Source of the DNA: Glaucostegus cemiculus
Lineage: Eukaryota
Assembly (NCBI GenBank): GCA_976551045.1
Contig: CDPCPM010000120.1
Location: forward strand, 3,410,001 to 3,474,000
Length of the DNA: 64,000 bases
Direction of reading: 5' to 3'
The translations under genes and the position numbers were made by a program. Shown here one piece after another: positions 1 to 13,615 of this stretch (its first letter is position 1; the number at the start of each line of letters is the position of its first letter). The notes under the pieces are model-generated. The model worked only from the letters and a program-made list of their open reading frames with translations, was not told where the DNA came from and made no database searches.

Positions 1-65
1 TAGCATGTCTAACTAAACATATAGCACTTTACTTCCCAGTTACACTTTATTTTCATAGTTTTTAG

Positions 66-402
66 TGTCATATAGAAAAGAAACAGGCCCTTCAACCCGC
101 CAAGTTTGTGCTGACCATCAAGTATCCCTTTACATTAATTCTGTATTAATCCTGTTTGATTCTCCCCACGTTCCCATAAACTTCCCCCCACTCCCCACTT
201 CAACCATTCCCTCACTCACTGGGGGCAAATTATAGTGATCAATTGACCAATCAACCCACAAATCTGGGGTGAAACGGAGCACCCAGAGGAAACCCATTGG
301 AGGACGAGCAAACTCCACGCAGATAACACCAGAAGTCAGGACTGAGCCTGGGTCATTGGAGCTGTGGGGCAACAGCTCTCTAGCTGGGACACCGTGCTGC
401 CC
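66..402 (-). mobile_element. HE1/V-SINE-like tRNA-derived SINE with CR1-type 3' tail
   Basis: On + it reads AAACAGGCCCTTCAACCC (reverse CR1 tail) ... GGAGCACCCAGAGGAAACCCA (V-SINE core) ... GAGCCTGGGTCATTGGAGCTGTG (reverse tRNA-like head). Related copies at 1548, 15013, 23745 and 50705. Confidence 0.8.
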
Positions 403-1029
403 AAAACTTCTGCTTAAGTCACACCACTGACCATGATGAGAGAAAATATTATTATTCCTGTCATCATTTTCTTATCTGCGTTATGAAGGTAGGAGCAGAA
501 TAAGGAGATAAGACAAGCATCCATTTGTTCCATCAGAAGCATCCAATTGTTCCCTTCCAGCAGAGAAAAGAATGCCATCCCAAAGCCTAGAATTTAAAAG
601 CTTGAAGAGGCTTTCCATATATAATCCACAAGTATGAGAATGGTAATATTGGTGGCCCTCACTGCAAAGAGATAGTCGACTAGAAGTTGGATTTTGCTGA
701 AACTAGGCGTGGCCTGGTACAGAGGATACTGCATATGTCAAGTGTTGCACGTGTCCAATGAAATCATCGGTTGGATTTGAGCTGGTTAGCTGATGCCTCA
801 AGGTAAGCAGGAATTGGGTGTGGTGAGGAACTGGAGCACGAGGTGGGGAGGTGGGGGGAGAATGTGAGTGCTGGTTGGCAGCAAGCCAGTGAGACCTGAA
901 CAACATTCAGCAATGTGCTGATAAGAGGGAAGTAAATTTTGTATCATGGAAGTGCCAAGAAATGAATGTGTCTAACAAACCACATCCCCTTTGCATTTGT
1001 TACTATTGCCTTTTCCAGCTCCATATTAA

Positions 1030-1925
1030 CAACATTGTATGAGTCACCAGGGACCAGAAACAGCCACCTAAATACTGTGGCAGCAAGAGCAGGTCAGAGG
1101 CTGGGTATCTGGCCATTGTGACTCACCTCCTGATTCATTCTGGGCTATCCATCATTTAGAAGGTACAAGATATGAATGTGAGGGAATACTGTGAGGGAAC
1201 AAATGGATGCTTGACTGGCATCTATCTACCAAATTCTCCAGCCTAAACATTCACTGCCTCTGCCATCAGCACGTTGTGGCTCCAGTGCTGTCACCTACAA
1301 AATGCACCCCAGCATCTCACCGAGGCTTCTACGGTAGCCTTTCAAACCAATGACCTTTACTACTTAAAAGGACAAGGCAGCAGTCACAATGAGAGTACCA
1401 CTACTTGCAAGTTCACCTCCAATTCATGCACTATCTTGACTTGGAACAACATCACTGATCTTTCACCATAGCTGAGTCAAAATATAGGAACCGCCCTATC
1501 CTTCCAATATCCACACCACATCGAGGAGTACCTTCTACAGGAACTGTGACAAATATATCTTTATTAGTCACATGTACATCAAAACACACAGTGAAATGCA
1601 TCTTTTTGGGTAGTGTTCTAGGGGCAGCCTGCAAGTGTCACCACGCTTCTGATGCCAACATAGCATGTCCACAATTTCCTAACCCGTATGTATTTGCAAT
1701 GTGGGAAGAAACCAGAGCACCCAGAGGAAACCCATGCAGACATGGGGAGAACGTACAAACTCCTTACAGACAGCAGCCAGAATTGAACCCGGGTCGCTGG
1801 TGCTGTAATAGTGTTACGCCAACCACTACACTACTGTTTATGTAGCACCAACATCTTCTGCGGGTTACTTAGGAATGGGAAATAAATGCTGACCTTGCTG
1901 ATGATATTCATATCCCTCAACTGAA
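1030..1925 (+). mobile_element. Decayed LINE 3' fragment (CR1/L2 group), split by a SINE
   Basis: Motifs TGACTCACCTCCTGA, CAAGTTCACCTCCAA, CTTGACTTGGAAC and tail CACCAACATCTTCT..AGGAATGGGAAATAAATGCTGACCTTGC. The same tail recurs at 7955-8180 and 40760-40837. Confidence 0.7.
1548..1837 (-). mobile_element. V-SINE/HE1-like SINE inserted in the LINE
   Basis: GAAACCAGAGCACCCAGAGGAAACCCATGCAGACATGGGGAGAACGTACAAACTCC core, reverse B-box GAATTGAACCCGGG, and CTTTATTAGTCAC tail. Confidence 0.85.
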
Positions 1926-3472
1926 CAAAGGCAACATCTGCACTTTTAATCTGGTTGCAGTTAGCTCAGGCTCCTTTCAGTCTCATATGTGGCATCTTGT
2001 GAACCAGTACAAACCTGTCCATGGGCAGGGCATCAGGGACCACACTACCGCCCACAAACTGGGCTAGCCTGGCTGAGCACTCAACACCAAGCATTGCAGG
2101 TGAGCTCTCTACCAGCCATCCACATCTGGAGAGGAGCTGGACCACCAATGACATACTTTGCCTGAAAAATCACCTCAAACAGGGTAAGCTGAAGTCTGGG
2201 CCAACAATGCTAGTCAAGCAGAGGGAAGAATAGAGGAGGGTCATTGCAGCATCTAAGTTCCCCCAGAAGCTTCAGTAATCTCAGGAGTGACTTGGCTTGA
2301 TCTTGAAGTGGAGCCTAGAGCAGAACTCCTCCTCCTCCCAGCTCTATGTTTCTACCGTTGGTCCTTTTTAAAACCACTGGCGAGGCCACATGTGAACCAA
2401 CAAGCCTGAAATTTAAAAAAGTTTGACATCTGTTGTGTTCAAGGCAAACTCTATCCAAGAGCCAATGACTTCTTGTAAACTGCTGCCATTGGCAGCACAA
2501 AATATCCGAATGAACATGGTTTAGGATATGTTTCAATCATTATTCATGACTGCTGTTGGTGTCAGGAATCATTTCAAGAAGATGCTGATATCTTGTAGTG
2601 TATGTCATCACACTGGCTGGGCAGCCAATCACATTAAAGAATTCTTACTGACCGGGAACGAGAAAGTAAATTGTGTCCAGTTTTTTGCAAGTAATTAAAC
2701 TAAAAGCTAAATTATCATAAATAAACGCTAAGAAGTACAAAAACAAGTAAGAAATTACAATATAAATGCATAAAATTGTTTTTTTAAGGTTAGATATTAG
2801 GTGTCAATATGGTATCTGGTTCTCTCTAACCTGATCCCTTGTGCTGGCATGTTTCTGATTAAACGTCTGTGTCATAAATTGTAGAGACTGTGTTTCAGTC
2901 CAGATGGTCAAACTCATCTGAAGATTACTGAAGAGACACAATGATTGAGCAGGAGAGAAACTTCATCATCAAGCTACCAGGTATTGCCACATTTTACTAT
3001 GGAGAAATCACTGGATTTTCTTCTTCTTTCTTGATTTTATATTTCTATATTCCTTTAATTTTTTTTTGCTTCTGACAATGAAGGATTCCAGTGCTGGGGA
3101 ATTAAATTTCTATTTCAGCTCCCTAATGCCAAATCCCATTGTACCCAGGTGTAGTACAGTTGGATCAGTTTCCCCTTGCAAAGCCCTGATGATAAGTCTT
3201 GGCTACAAACACACACAAGGGCACCTCCTAATGGACCACTGTCACATTTTATCCCATTTCCCACAGCAAAATACTGAGTTCAATTTTTGGCGAATAACCA
3301 AAATTGGAGAGAGCGTATAATCGGTTGGCTGTTTCACAACCTCCCATTTTCTGCCATCATCAATAATTAACATCAGACCTCAAACGTGCTGTCTCATTTT
3401 CTGAATGAGGTTGGCAATTAGTGTCCTGGCCCTCACTAGGAATTGGATTGAGACCATACACACATAGGACAA

Positions 3473-3893
3473 AAGACTTGTATTATCCGGTGCCTTTACT
3501 ACCTAGAGTTATCTCAAAAAAATGCTGTGAGTCAGTGGATATGTTGCATAGCACATAAACATAGCACCTAATTTGTATACAGTAAACTGCATCACTGTGA
3601 TAATAACCAGGTATTCTGTTTTTAGGTATTGGTTGAGGGCTGCATAAGGGCCAGCACTCCAAAGATAACTCCCCTCTTCTTTGTCAAAATAGTGTCACAG
3701 GATCTTTCATAATGAACTGAGAGGACAAATAGGGCCTTAGTTTAAAGTCCCCTCCAGCAGTGTTGCGCTGCCTCAGTACTCGAGTGAAGAGTCAGCCGAG
3801 ATTTTTGGGCTCAAATGTCTGAAGTAGAACTTGAATTCACAGCCTTTTTGACTCAGAGACAAGGATGCAGCCCACTGTGCCACAGCTGACACC
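3473..3893 (-). mobile_element. SacSINE1/DeuSINE-like SINE
   Basis: Reverse tRNA-like head (CTTGAATTCACAGCC..TGACTCAGAG..CACTGTGCCACAGCTGACACC) and Deu-like middle (GATAACTCCCCTCTTCTT..AAAATAGTGTCACAGGATCTTT). Confidence 0.75.
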
Positions 3894-4484
3894 ATATAAA
3901 TAAGACTCTTACAGTCAGCTAGGAAGAGGAGACTTATCCTATTCAACTGGACTTGTCTTCTGAAGACTGCATTGAACTCACTCTTAGGTCTCTCACATAG
4001 CGAAGCAGGCTGTGCTCTGGGCCATTTATTCCTGCAGTCTTATCCTTGCCTCCTGATTGGTAAAGCAATTGTTTCCAGGAGCTTTTGGTTTGATGTGCCA
4101 TTTTCTGATTGCCTCTGTGATAATGTTACTATTTAATGGCCCAGGTTTGGTCTTTGCGCAGCTGTGATTATTTCTGATTTCTACTGATCTGGGTAATTTA
4201 AATCCTCTTGAGTGCATCAGGTGGAATGCAGTTAACCCAGTGAGAACTGTACTCTGCACCTGCAAAACCTTTACTGCTCATCAATACTAAACTTGAAGCA
4301 TAAACCCAAAGGCAAGATTTAACTTGATTTAGCAGTGAATCAGACTAAGACCTCCCAAAGGGTTTAATTTCCCATCATTTTGGTTTTACATTGGAATATA
4401 AATCAGTGGAGTGTCAAACCTGACTTACAAATGGCTTGGGAGTGCATTATACTTTCTGCAACTGTTTAAAATCATTATTTCCCC

Positions 4485-4760
4485 CCCTTTTTTCAAAATA
4501 ATATTCTTTCATAAAACAAATGATATCTGAATACGTTGTCCTCAGCATCCAGGTCACACTCCAGTCTCTGTGGTGCCCATGGGTCATGGAAGATCTCATA
4601 TGCAAAAATAGATACCGCTTGCTCCTTATCCAGGAATAATGGTCACAAACATAGGCTCCGAAGAGGGAAGACAGTAAGGAAGGGTGGATTCCTTGATGAC
4701 CTGGTGCCTGGACTTGTGAATGGTCACCTCGGCCAGGCCAGACACAGCTGGACAAGGATT
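4485..4760 (-). mobile_element. Tx1/L1-clade LINE, ORF2 C-terminal remnant
   Basis: Minus-strand frameshifted translation LAEVTIHKSRHQVIKE..CLPL/FGAYV..FHDPWAPQRLEC resembles the Tx1 ORF2 C-terminus (LAKxAIHRSR..CLPLFRGYV..FRxRWAP). Confidence 0.65.
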
Positions 4761-5094
4761 TCCCTTATTAGCCTGTTTTTCCTGTGTTTTAGTAGTTTGG
4801 CAGCACTGTGTTAGTTTTTATTGGCACAAGAAGTCCTTGGTTGCCACAAGGGATACCATTCACAGGTCATTTGTATTCATACTGAAAAAGGCCTCATTGC
4901 CCTAATTCTGGATGAAAACAATATGGTTTCCCTTCCTTCAAAGTAGACTGATAATATATCAGGGTTTTTTTAATCAAATGTCTAGACCTTCCAAAGGAGA
5001 GGCACAGAGATTTAAACAATGTTTTTGTTCAGACATACAATCTAGAATGGGAGAACGGGAGGTGGCCTTCTCTTATGCAAGAGGAGAACACAGG

Positions 5095-5175
5095 TCATCT
5101 TCTTCTCAGGCAATCTCTTAAGATCGAAAATGGCTTTCTTCCACTCCGGTTCTGTCAGTTCTCAGGTAACTGGAA
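5095..5175 (-). mobile_element. RTE-type LINE 3' tail
   Basis: TCATCTTCTTCTCAGGCAAT..GATCGAAAATGGCTTTCTTCCACTCCGGTTCTG, matching the start of the longer copy at 19771. Confidence 0.55.
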
Positions 5176-5189
5176 AGTTGTAAGTTGCT

Positions 5190-6015
5190 CAGGTGGAAAG
5201 TTGGGAAGAGTGTTGGCAGATGGAATTTAATCCTGACAAATGAGGTAATGCATTTTTGGAAGTCACATATGGGGAGGGCAAATACAGGAGGGCACTAAAG
5301 AATGTTGATGAACAGAGAGGCATAACAGGCCAAGTCTATAGTTCCCTGAAAGTGGCAACGCAGGTTGGTAGGATGGAGAAGAAGACATATGGCATGCTTG
5401 CCTTCATAGGTCAAGGCAAAGAATATCAGAGTTGGGAATGTTGTGTTGCAACCTTACAAAACACTGCTAAGGCCACACATGAAGTATTGTGTGCATTTTT
5501 AGTCACCACACTGTAAGCAGGATGTAGTTGTGCAGTGAGAGGGCAGAGGAGCTTCACCAGGATGCTGTCTGGTTTGGAAGACATTAGTTATGGGGAGAGA
5601 TTGGATCAATTGGGTTTATTTTCCCTGCAGCAAAGGAAGCTGAGGGATGGTCTGATAGGAGTACATAAGATTATGAGAGGCACAGAAAGGGAAAATAAGC
5701 TAGAATCATTTTCCCATGCCAGGGTTATCAAAAACAAGAAGGCATCAGCTTAGGGTGAGAGAAAGGAGTTTTAAAGGGGATTTGAGGGGGAAGGTTTTTT
5801 TTACACAGAAAGTGTTTGATATTTGGAACTTGTTGCCAGAGGAGCTGGTGGAATCGGATAGGATCACTACGTTTAAGAGGCATGTACACAGACACTTAAA
5901 TAGGCAGGGTACAGAAGAACGTGGTCCCAATGCAGGCAAATGGGCAAAAAGGTCAGCATGGACATTGTGGGCTGAAGGGTGCATTTCTGTGCTGCATAAT
6001 TCTATGCCTCTATAA
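5190..6015 (+). mobile_element. CR1 (HER1-like) LINE, 5'-truncated and decayed
   Basis: ORF2 C-terminal peptides WQMEFNPDK, YGMLAFIGQG, QRSFTRMLSGLEDISYGERLDQLGLFSL and FFTQKVFDIWNLLP; tail GGGCTGAAGGG..TCTATGCCTCTAT. Confidence 0.9.
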
Positions 6016-7954
6016 CTGGTGAGGCTAGTGCAGAATTAGTGCAGATGAGGCAGGAGGTGCCTACAAACTGCCAGGTGGGTGGTTTCTGACAAGGTGTCCT
6101 CATGCTGCTTCCTAAGGAGGAGAAATAAAACCCCAAGCTTATTTGCTTCACTAAATGTTCCTACCCAGGATGGTTAGGGTACTTCCTGACCCCTTACTTT
6201 TCCAATAAGAAGTACATGGAACTTACACGTTTTTCACCAAGTGGAGATTTTCTGCTTAAATGGCTCCCACACCTGATCTCTTTATTCCCTACCTCCCACC
6301 ATTTTCTCTCTTCTCACCCTCTATATCCATTCTTATTTCTGTTCTCAATCTCAGTAACAAACTGCTCACTACCAACTTCCTTTACTGACTGAGATGTCAA
6401 TGGAACCCCTCCCCCCCACATGAAATGAACCATTTTCTTTCAAAACTGCCATCACATCAAAGAAAGCTCTTTGATTCTGTTGCTCATGCTAGTTTCCTCT
6501 CTTTTCGCTCCAGATACCTTGAACATTCTGTTGCTTCACAAATTCATTTCTATCTCACAATGTCTCTGAGAATTAGAAATAAAATAAAAACAGTGAACAA
6601 CCTAACCTAGAAAACTGTGGACCTGGCATTGCATCGAGTTACATTTCCCCTTTTGTGAAGACAAAACTGAAATATTTATATTGCTCTTTAATGTTCTGGA
6701 TGTGACCAGAGGTTATTTTCTTGTACCCTGTGAAGAACACTGAGAAGGTTGAACGCCATTTTCTGCTTGGTTGGCTGCATGTATTTGAATATCCGCTTAA
6801 ATTCAAGATGCTTGAATTCCCTCAACAGCTTAGCTGTCAAAATATTTTTGCTGCTGAAGAGATATTGAAAAATTAATCCTTTGTATCACTTCAGAGCAAT
6901 GTATACCACAAACCTTTTAATGGAATGCTTTCTTCATCAATGTGGAACTGTTAATACCCATTCTGGATTAGCTTTCAGAAAACATATGATTCATGTGATT
7001 CTGTGATAATCTCATCTAGACTATCATGTCATTCACACCAAAGTGCTGTTTTCGCCACACATGGATTGACATAAAGGTATGTATCATTATAGTTCTTGGT
7101 ATTCAGGCATATTCAATGTTGCTGTTTAGCATTTATCCGATGGATAGAAATTTGTTGCTTAGTTTCTTCATCTGCACAAGATTTGACTGGGTCAAATACT
7201 TCAGAAAGTCCATCAAAGATGCACATCTTTTTTTTGTTGACAAAGTACTCTCTCTAATTTATATCTTAATTCCACATCATGGTACAGTTATCTGCTTCTA
7301 GAAATAAGTTTGTGCCAAAAGTATTTACAAATTGTTTCTGATGTTATGAGCACATAAAAATGTGATAAGTTCTGAAATATGATCAAGTTGTATTTTGTCT
7401 GAGAATCAAAGGATCACAGGCCATTCTCTTACCATGTTAAAACCTGCATCACTTCCAGTATCAGGCAGTATATTTGTGTGTATGTTCCATATGTTCTTGC
7501 TATAACGCAAATGTTGATGATATTAAATCCCCTTTTTTGCACACTTGAAACATGTCCCCCATTTTCTCATTTAGAAGAGACTAGCATGTAAGCTGAAGTA
7601 AGCTATATAATGGCAAGTCCAAAGGTAGTATGAGTGAAACAGTTTTGTTAATTAGATGTATATACTAATTGGATATATGGTTGTGGCTCGTTCCAGATGA
7701 AGCATACGCAAGTTAGGTAATTCTGTCCTTACTAAGCTTAATGTTAATTGTCTGAACTTAATAGGAAACATTACATACATATTCTTAAATCAATGTCTTC
7801 AGAAAAGGGTTTGTCTTTAAAGACAGTTCTTGTTACTTCTAGGGAAGGTGTATGGAAGCTAAATTCAATGGTCCTGAAATGGTTTCAGGGATTGTGTGGA
7901 GAGGATCACTCATGACTGTGTAATCTGGAAGACTCTGTGGGGGCCTGGCATGCA

Positions 7955-8180
7955 TTTCCAAGTCACACATCGTCCTGACTTGGAAATATATCACTTTTGC
8001 TCGGGCACCACAGAATCTAAATGCCGGAACTCCATACTGAACAGAACAGTGGGGGTACTTTCACCAGAAGGACTTCTTCAAAACACCAGCTCACCAGCAC
8101 ACTCTCAAAGGCAATTGGGGATGGGCAGCAAATGCTGACCTAGCCAGCAAAGCCCACATTCTGATAAATGAAGGAAAAAT
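7955..8180 (+). mobile_element. LINE 3' end (same family as 1030-1925)
   Basis: CCAAGTCACACATCGTCCTGACTTGGAAATATATC ... CTCAAAGGCAATTGGGGATGGGCAGCAAATGCTGACCTAGCCAGC. Confidence 0.75.
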
Positions 8181-11100
8181 CATTGCCAATGTGAATTGCC
8201 AATTCTCCAGGAAATAGGCATTGATTCATGCACAATATATATGTTATTGTTGAAAGGTGTTTCCTTCCCAGATTCGTTGAAGCCTACTATTTTCTCCTCC
8301 ACCTGTTCCCAGCTGTATCACCAAGTGTACACAGCATTTGGCCTGTTTACCATTTACTGCCAGAAAACATAGCTTGCTGTCTTTTGGGATGGTTCCAAAT
8401 TGAGCATCCATCCCCTCACCCACCTCATGCAGCCACACATCCATTTAACCATCTCTCAAGCTCAGGGTCACGTGTGCCACTCCTTCTCCTTCCCAGAGTT
8501 TTCTTTCCAGATTTGGTTTCCTTCCTCATGTCTCTCTCCGTTTCCACTCTCTTCTTCCAACCATGACTGACACAGGCAAGTACCTGAAATTAATTTGAAG
8601 CTTGATAAAGACCAAACTACATATGTGATTCAAAACGAAAGAACTTACCTTACAGCAGCACATCCATTTTACTTTGGAACTGCTGGTCAGAATTTCTGCT
8701 TTGGGTTTGTTCCTTGCACATAGGTAAAATCAGACTGGTAACTGTGTATGATTATTCTAACAGATGAAGCAAAGGTTTTGGGGCACTGCAGCAGTAATAT
8801 ATTTTGGAAAATGTAACACTGAAATCTCTGCAGTGTTTGGAGTAGTACTAGAGCCACCAATTTTTTAAGCATTGCAAGAAGAATTTATACTTTCCCTTGG
8901 ATGTGTGCAGAGCCTGAACCTGAAAAGAGCAGTTGAAGGTTCCTTCCAGAGAGATCAAAGCAATGGAAACAACATCCTTCCTAACTGAGACAATGACTGC
9001 AATGTCCAACATTTTGCAAAAGAGGGTCAAGGTGCCCTCATAATTAATCAAAGTTAGAACTGGTTTTCTCTCTGTGTGGTAATCAATGTAATATTGTAAA
9101 GCATGTTGCTAGCTTTATTGAATTGCTGCTCACAATATTCACTTCAATATTTCTACAAAGCAATAGACAAGAAAGAACAATCTATTGTAGAAAGTGAAAC
9201 AAAAGCCTCACTTGCTCCATCCTCTTAAAGCTAACAGTTTAACCAGTATTCATCCTATTGAACTAAAATGAGCAAACATTGTGGCTTTCGTCTGGCATGG
9301 CCATGCTAAATCCTACTGAAGGAGGAAGACATGGGAATAGAGTAACAGTTTTCTTTCTTATAAATGAACATAAATTCTCAACACATAAGTGCATTCCTAA
9401 TTGAGGAACCAAATTGCTGACTGAGAAACATCATCACAGTAGGAGCCTGAAAGAAATTGAATTTGTTCTTAAACACAGATTTTCCTCATCCTTAACATTG
9501 TATTAATCATGGGAGGGAAGTACAATTAGCAGAAATAAATTGTGTTTCCATCATTAGACTTTCTCTCAAGCCTTGCACACATTCCAGAGTGCTTTTTATA
9601 TTCTTCATTTGTGGGCTGCCTTTGGAGTCTTTGGGAAACAACACCTGCAGTTACATTCAAAAGCCTAACATTTCCAAACACCCTCTGAAGTGGTCAGCCA
9701 TTGTTCTGAGGTGGATAGGTTTTTACCTGACTAACAGAGACATTCCAGCACCATCAGAGCTCTGAACACCCCCACGATGGGTAATGAGCCCTGCTGTCTT
9801 TATTCTGCAATACATTGAAAACCCACAGGGAAAATGTGGTTGGATATAAAAAGAGGGTTGGGGTTTTTAATAAGTTTCCTATCCACAGATGCCATCAAGC
9901 TTTTATACTATTCAGTTTATTTCTGTGGTCTTTACAAAGACTCCTAAAGCTGTGGTCACCACTTCTGCAGCTCTAATGCACGTAATTAGGCTGAAGTCTG
10001 CTCTTCAGTGAATTAAATTCAGACAACTTGCTGGAATATATATGTAAGTGGATGAGTATCTTACACTTGAAAAATCTTTGTGTTTTCTGTTATCTATTTT
10101 TAATGTAAACTAGTAGATGCAATTCTTTGATTATAATCTGTCAAGTGATATTGCCTACCTTCAGTATGGGGCTTTTTAACACCTTGTGCTTCAGAGTGGA
10201 TTTTGTCAATAAGTAGAGCCTGGCTTTTAAGTTTAACACTGAAAGCAAATGCAAGTCCATTCTTTTTTCTCAGGGAAGTGATAGCCTCTTAATTCTATAA
10301 GGCTCTTGAACCTGTTGATGCTGCATTCTCCAGAACTAAATTACCCCAGTGGTCAAATAGGAGTTTAAATGTAATCAGAAACCTTGGCAGATTTTTCAAC
10401 TTTGTACTTGAAAGGCCACTCGCAAGTACAAACGTTTTTACATGGGCTTCAAGCCAGATTTATGCGATGATCAAGATAGGAAGCTAAATAATAGTGAAAG
10501 TTTACTATCCAGGGAGAGCAGATAAACTTCTACCACACACATTGGAATTTGAGTGCAAAGCACGAAATATGTGTAACCCAGAAAAGAAACTTAATCAACC
10601 GTGAAAAATGAAGGATAGAAGCTGAAAATACATCTCATCATGTGTACCTTTCAATTTATAATGCACAGACTCCACTTATTTTGCTCTCTTTCACGTAGTC
10701 AAACACTTCCACTTAAAATAAAATCAGGCATATTAGATGCAATTCATGTATTTAATCTCAATGCATCCACTCCTGTGTTTTCTTTGGGTCTAATTATACA
10801 ATAATTCCATGAAATTGAGTTCTTATTACTTAATCTTCTTTGTACTGCACACACTTCTTTAACATATTCTTGTCCTTTCAGCTGACTGAGTGGACATTGA
10901 ATGGCTATCCCACGGCTAATTGATCCTGAGATTTCCAGCTGAGTCCACATCCCTCTTTTGGGTACCAAGTCTCCTCCAGCTGTTTCACAAAGAATAGGAA
11001 GATTAAGCCCAAATGGCAACCTTAAGCAGAAACTTCCTGCTCTGCAGTTTACATTAGGTCATTGATATGTCACTTCTAAAACCAATGTTGGACAAATACA

Positions 11101-11719
11101 GGCATCACTTGTTGTGAATGGGTTAGTGGCGACCCACAGTTGGTGTGATATTCAAAAAAATGTTGATGATTTTGGTCTGATACCATTACTAAAGGAAGGA
11201 GCACTACCTTCTCATTTAAAACCTAATGACTTATTTATGACTTTTTTGTTAAAATTGTCTAGTCTCGATAGAGTAGGAAAATCATATTTTCTTTCAAAAG
11301 AAATCACATATTTTGCTTCCTTTCCCTTTGAGCAAAACTTAGACTACAATTATTCTGTTAGTAATAAGATGGTTCAAATAAAGCATTAGCTTTGCAAAGG
11401 GTACATTTTTTTGATGGAATACAAGGTGCTTTGTACACAATTATCCATGATGGGATTTTATTATTAGCAAAACTGAAAAATCCTTCTTAAGTTTATTTCC
11501 AAACTAAGTCTTGGCATCCATGCTGGGATGCATGCATTTTAATGCATTGTTAACATCAACCAAATGCAAACTAGACTGTTTTGTCTGCACTGCAAGGTTA
11601 TTTCATCAATAGTATTTGAGAGTTGCTCGTATTTATTCCAAAGAAATCTACTGTGTATAATGAATCTTGATCTTTAATGCTCAGTACTAGATTTGGCAAG
11701 AAAAATGAGAAGAGGCAAT

Positions 11720-12410
11720 ATAAGCTAGAGGGTACAGTTTTAAAGGGGATACAAGAACAATGGGAGGAAGGGGAATTTGCATATAGTTTGTTTAACATGG
11801 CCAGACAGGTTGGGAAAATGGTTGAAATAAAGCTTAAGCTTTTTAAATAGGGGCATAGAGTATAAGAGCAAGGAAGTCAACACACATCCATTTCTAAGGT
11901 ATTATGACTAGTTTTAGGCACTATGCTTTGGGAAAGAGATGAAGGATTTGGATACAGTTTATAACAAGTTAAGCAAATAATTCCAGGGGTGAGGGTCTTT
12001 AGTTGTGTGAATATGCTGGGAGATCTAAGATTGTTCTTTCAACATAGGAGATTGTAAGGAGATCTAGAAGAAGTATCCAAAATTGCAAAGTGCATGGAAA
12101 TGAATGAAGTACATGGGCTCACTAGACATAAACTGTTTCCACTGGTGGCGGATCAGACACCAGAGCACGTAGACTGAAGATTATTGGCAAAAGAACCAAA
12201 AGAGCAATTGGGAAAAATGTCTATGCAGTGAGTGTTTCGTAACTGGAAAGCACTGTCATGAATAATATTGGAGACAGATTCAATTGCAGCGTTCAAAAGC
12301 AAGCTGGATAAGTGTCTGAAAGCAAAGAATTTACAGGGTGATGGGGAGGGGGCAGGCATGAGGCTAGCAGGATTGCTGTTAAGTAGAGCCAATATGGAGT
12401 CAACGGCTGA
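11720..12410 (+). mobile_element. CR1 LINE 3' fragment, highly decayed
   Basis: AATAGGGGCATAGAGTATAAGAGCAAGGAAGT, AAACTGTTTCCACTGGTGG, and peptide ETDSIAAFKSKLDKCLKAKNLQG. Confidence 0.8.
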
Positions 12411-12733
12411 TGATGTTGTAACCATTCTGCCCCACAGATGTGGACTGTCCTGGGGCATCAACTGTATGTCGGTGAGGTTGGGGGGTGGGTTGAGCTGGGG
12501 GGCAGTGATGGTGGTGGTGGTGGGGAGCAGGTACAGAGTGGTAAGATGTTGGATGAGGTGCCATCTTAACCATTTGTTGGCAGTGAACACAAATATGACA
12601 TTGAAAGAGCCATGTGAAAGGGTAGTCCACACTAACTCAGGATAGGATGTTCTGGGAAGTGGAAGCTGAAAGTGGAGCAGCAAAGGTAGTTGGGGAGAGG
12701 TTCATGCAACAGAAACATTCCATCTCTTGACAA

Positions 12734-13615
12734 GGGGCAGAATTTGTGGCCTAGTAATGCCCCAGGGGACTCCTGTAGATAACGTGGAGGGGTCAAAGCA
12801 CGATTTGGGTGGTAAAACATCAAATGAAACGGAAAAGTGGGCCAGCGAGTACCGGTTCAGACAGGCCTTCCAACCATCTGCAGCACTGGGAACCCGTTGT
12901 CGGCAGGTCAGGGCAGAAGCGGCCTGCGTCGGAGGGTGAGAGCGGTCCGGGTGGTCGGCGGCCGGGAAACATCGTCACACCTGCTGTGGCCAAATGAAAC
13001 CCAGACCTGGGCCAGGCCGCCGGCTTTGCGCTGAACAGAAGCGGCCAACGCAGTTATTGGCCGAGCTGCGACAGTGGTCGGGCGTTGGGCAGACTCGCCG
13101 AGTCCATGGGCCGAGCGGGACGGCAGCTGGCTCCCTGCCCCCACCCCCCTGCCAACGCCGCCGTCTGCACTGGGCAACTGGCCCCAGGCCGACCGGCGCC
13201 CGACCCTCGGGCTCTCACTGCACTGGGGGAAGGAAGGGAAGGGAAGAGAAGGTAGGTGGCATTTATTTCAAAATGTGTCCAATATTTTAACTATTTCAAG
13301 GTGCTTTAGTTTATTCTTCAATATTTTTAAACAATTCATTTTTTTTAAAGTTTCTTAATATATATTTAACTCTTTTAAAAACGACCCAGCTACATCACCC
13401 TGTCATGTTGCTAGTGGCCCTGCCTCTGCTCAGGGACATCCACCTCCCTGTTCAGAGATTGGTGAGTGTGGCAGTAGGTCCACTTGGAAGAATCCAGGCC
13501 TTAGTGGGGCAACTTGAGCTGGGAATGAAATCACTGTCAGTTGGTAGTTGCGGCAGACTTGTCTGGATGAGCTATTTGCTGGTCATTGTATGGGCTGGCT
13601 TGCAGTTTCTGCCCC
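12734..13615. mobile_element. Putative non-autonomous TIR element (Harbinger-like MITE) with CpG-rich interior
   Basis: Inverted termini GGGGCAGAA (12734) and TTCTGCCCC (13615), flanked by inverted TTGAC/GTCAA. GC-rich arms surround an AT-rich centre (13260-13380). No recognisable protein. Confidence 0.5.

Noticed and set aside
2894-2980. Exon-like segment ending CAG|GTATTG (MIEQERNFIIKLP)
   Set aside because: All three frames contain a stop after the acceptor, and no promoter or next exon is evident.
9711-9886. 9-bp inverted repeat GTGGATAGG/CCTATCCAC
   Set aside because: Too short, with no TSD and no second copy in the window.
12153-12683. 176-aa minus-strand ORF
   Set aside because: Antisense of a CR1 3' end plus a G-rich low-complexity tract; no domain.
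12727-13358. Cluster of overlapping ORFs
   Set aside because: Expected from high GC (few stop codons); Arg/Pro/Gly/Ala-rich in all frames with no recognisable protein.
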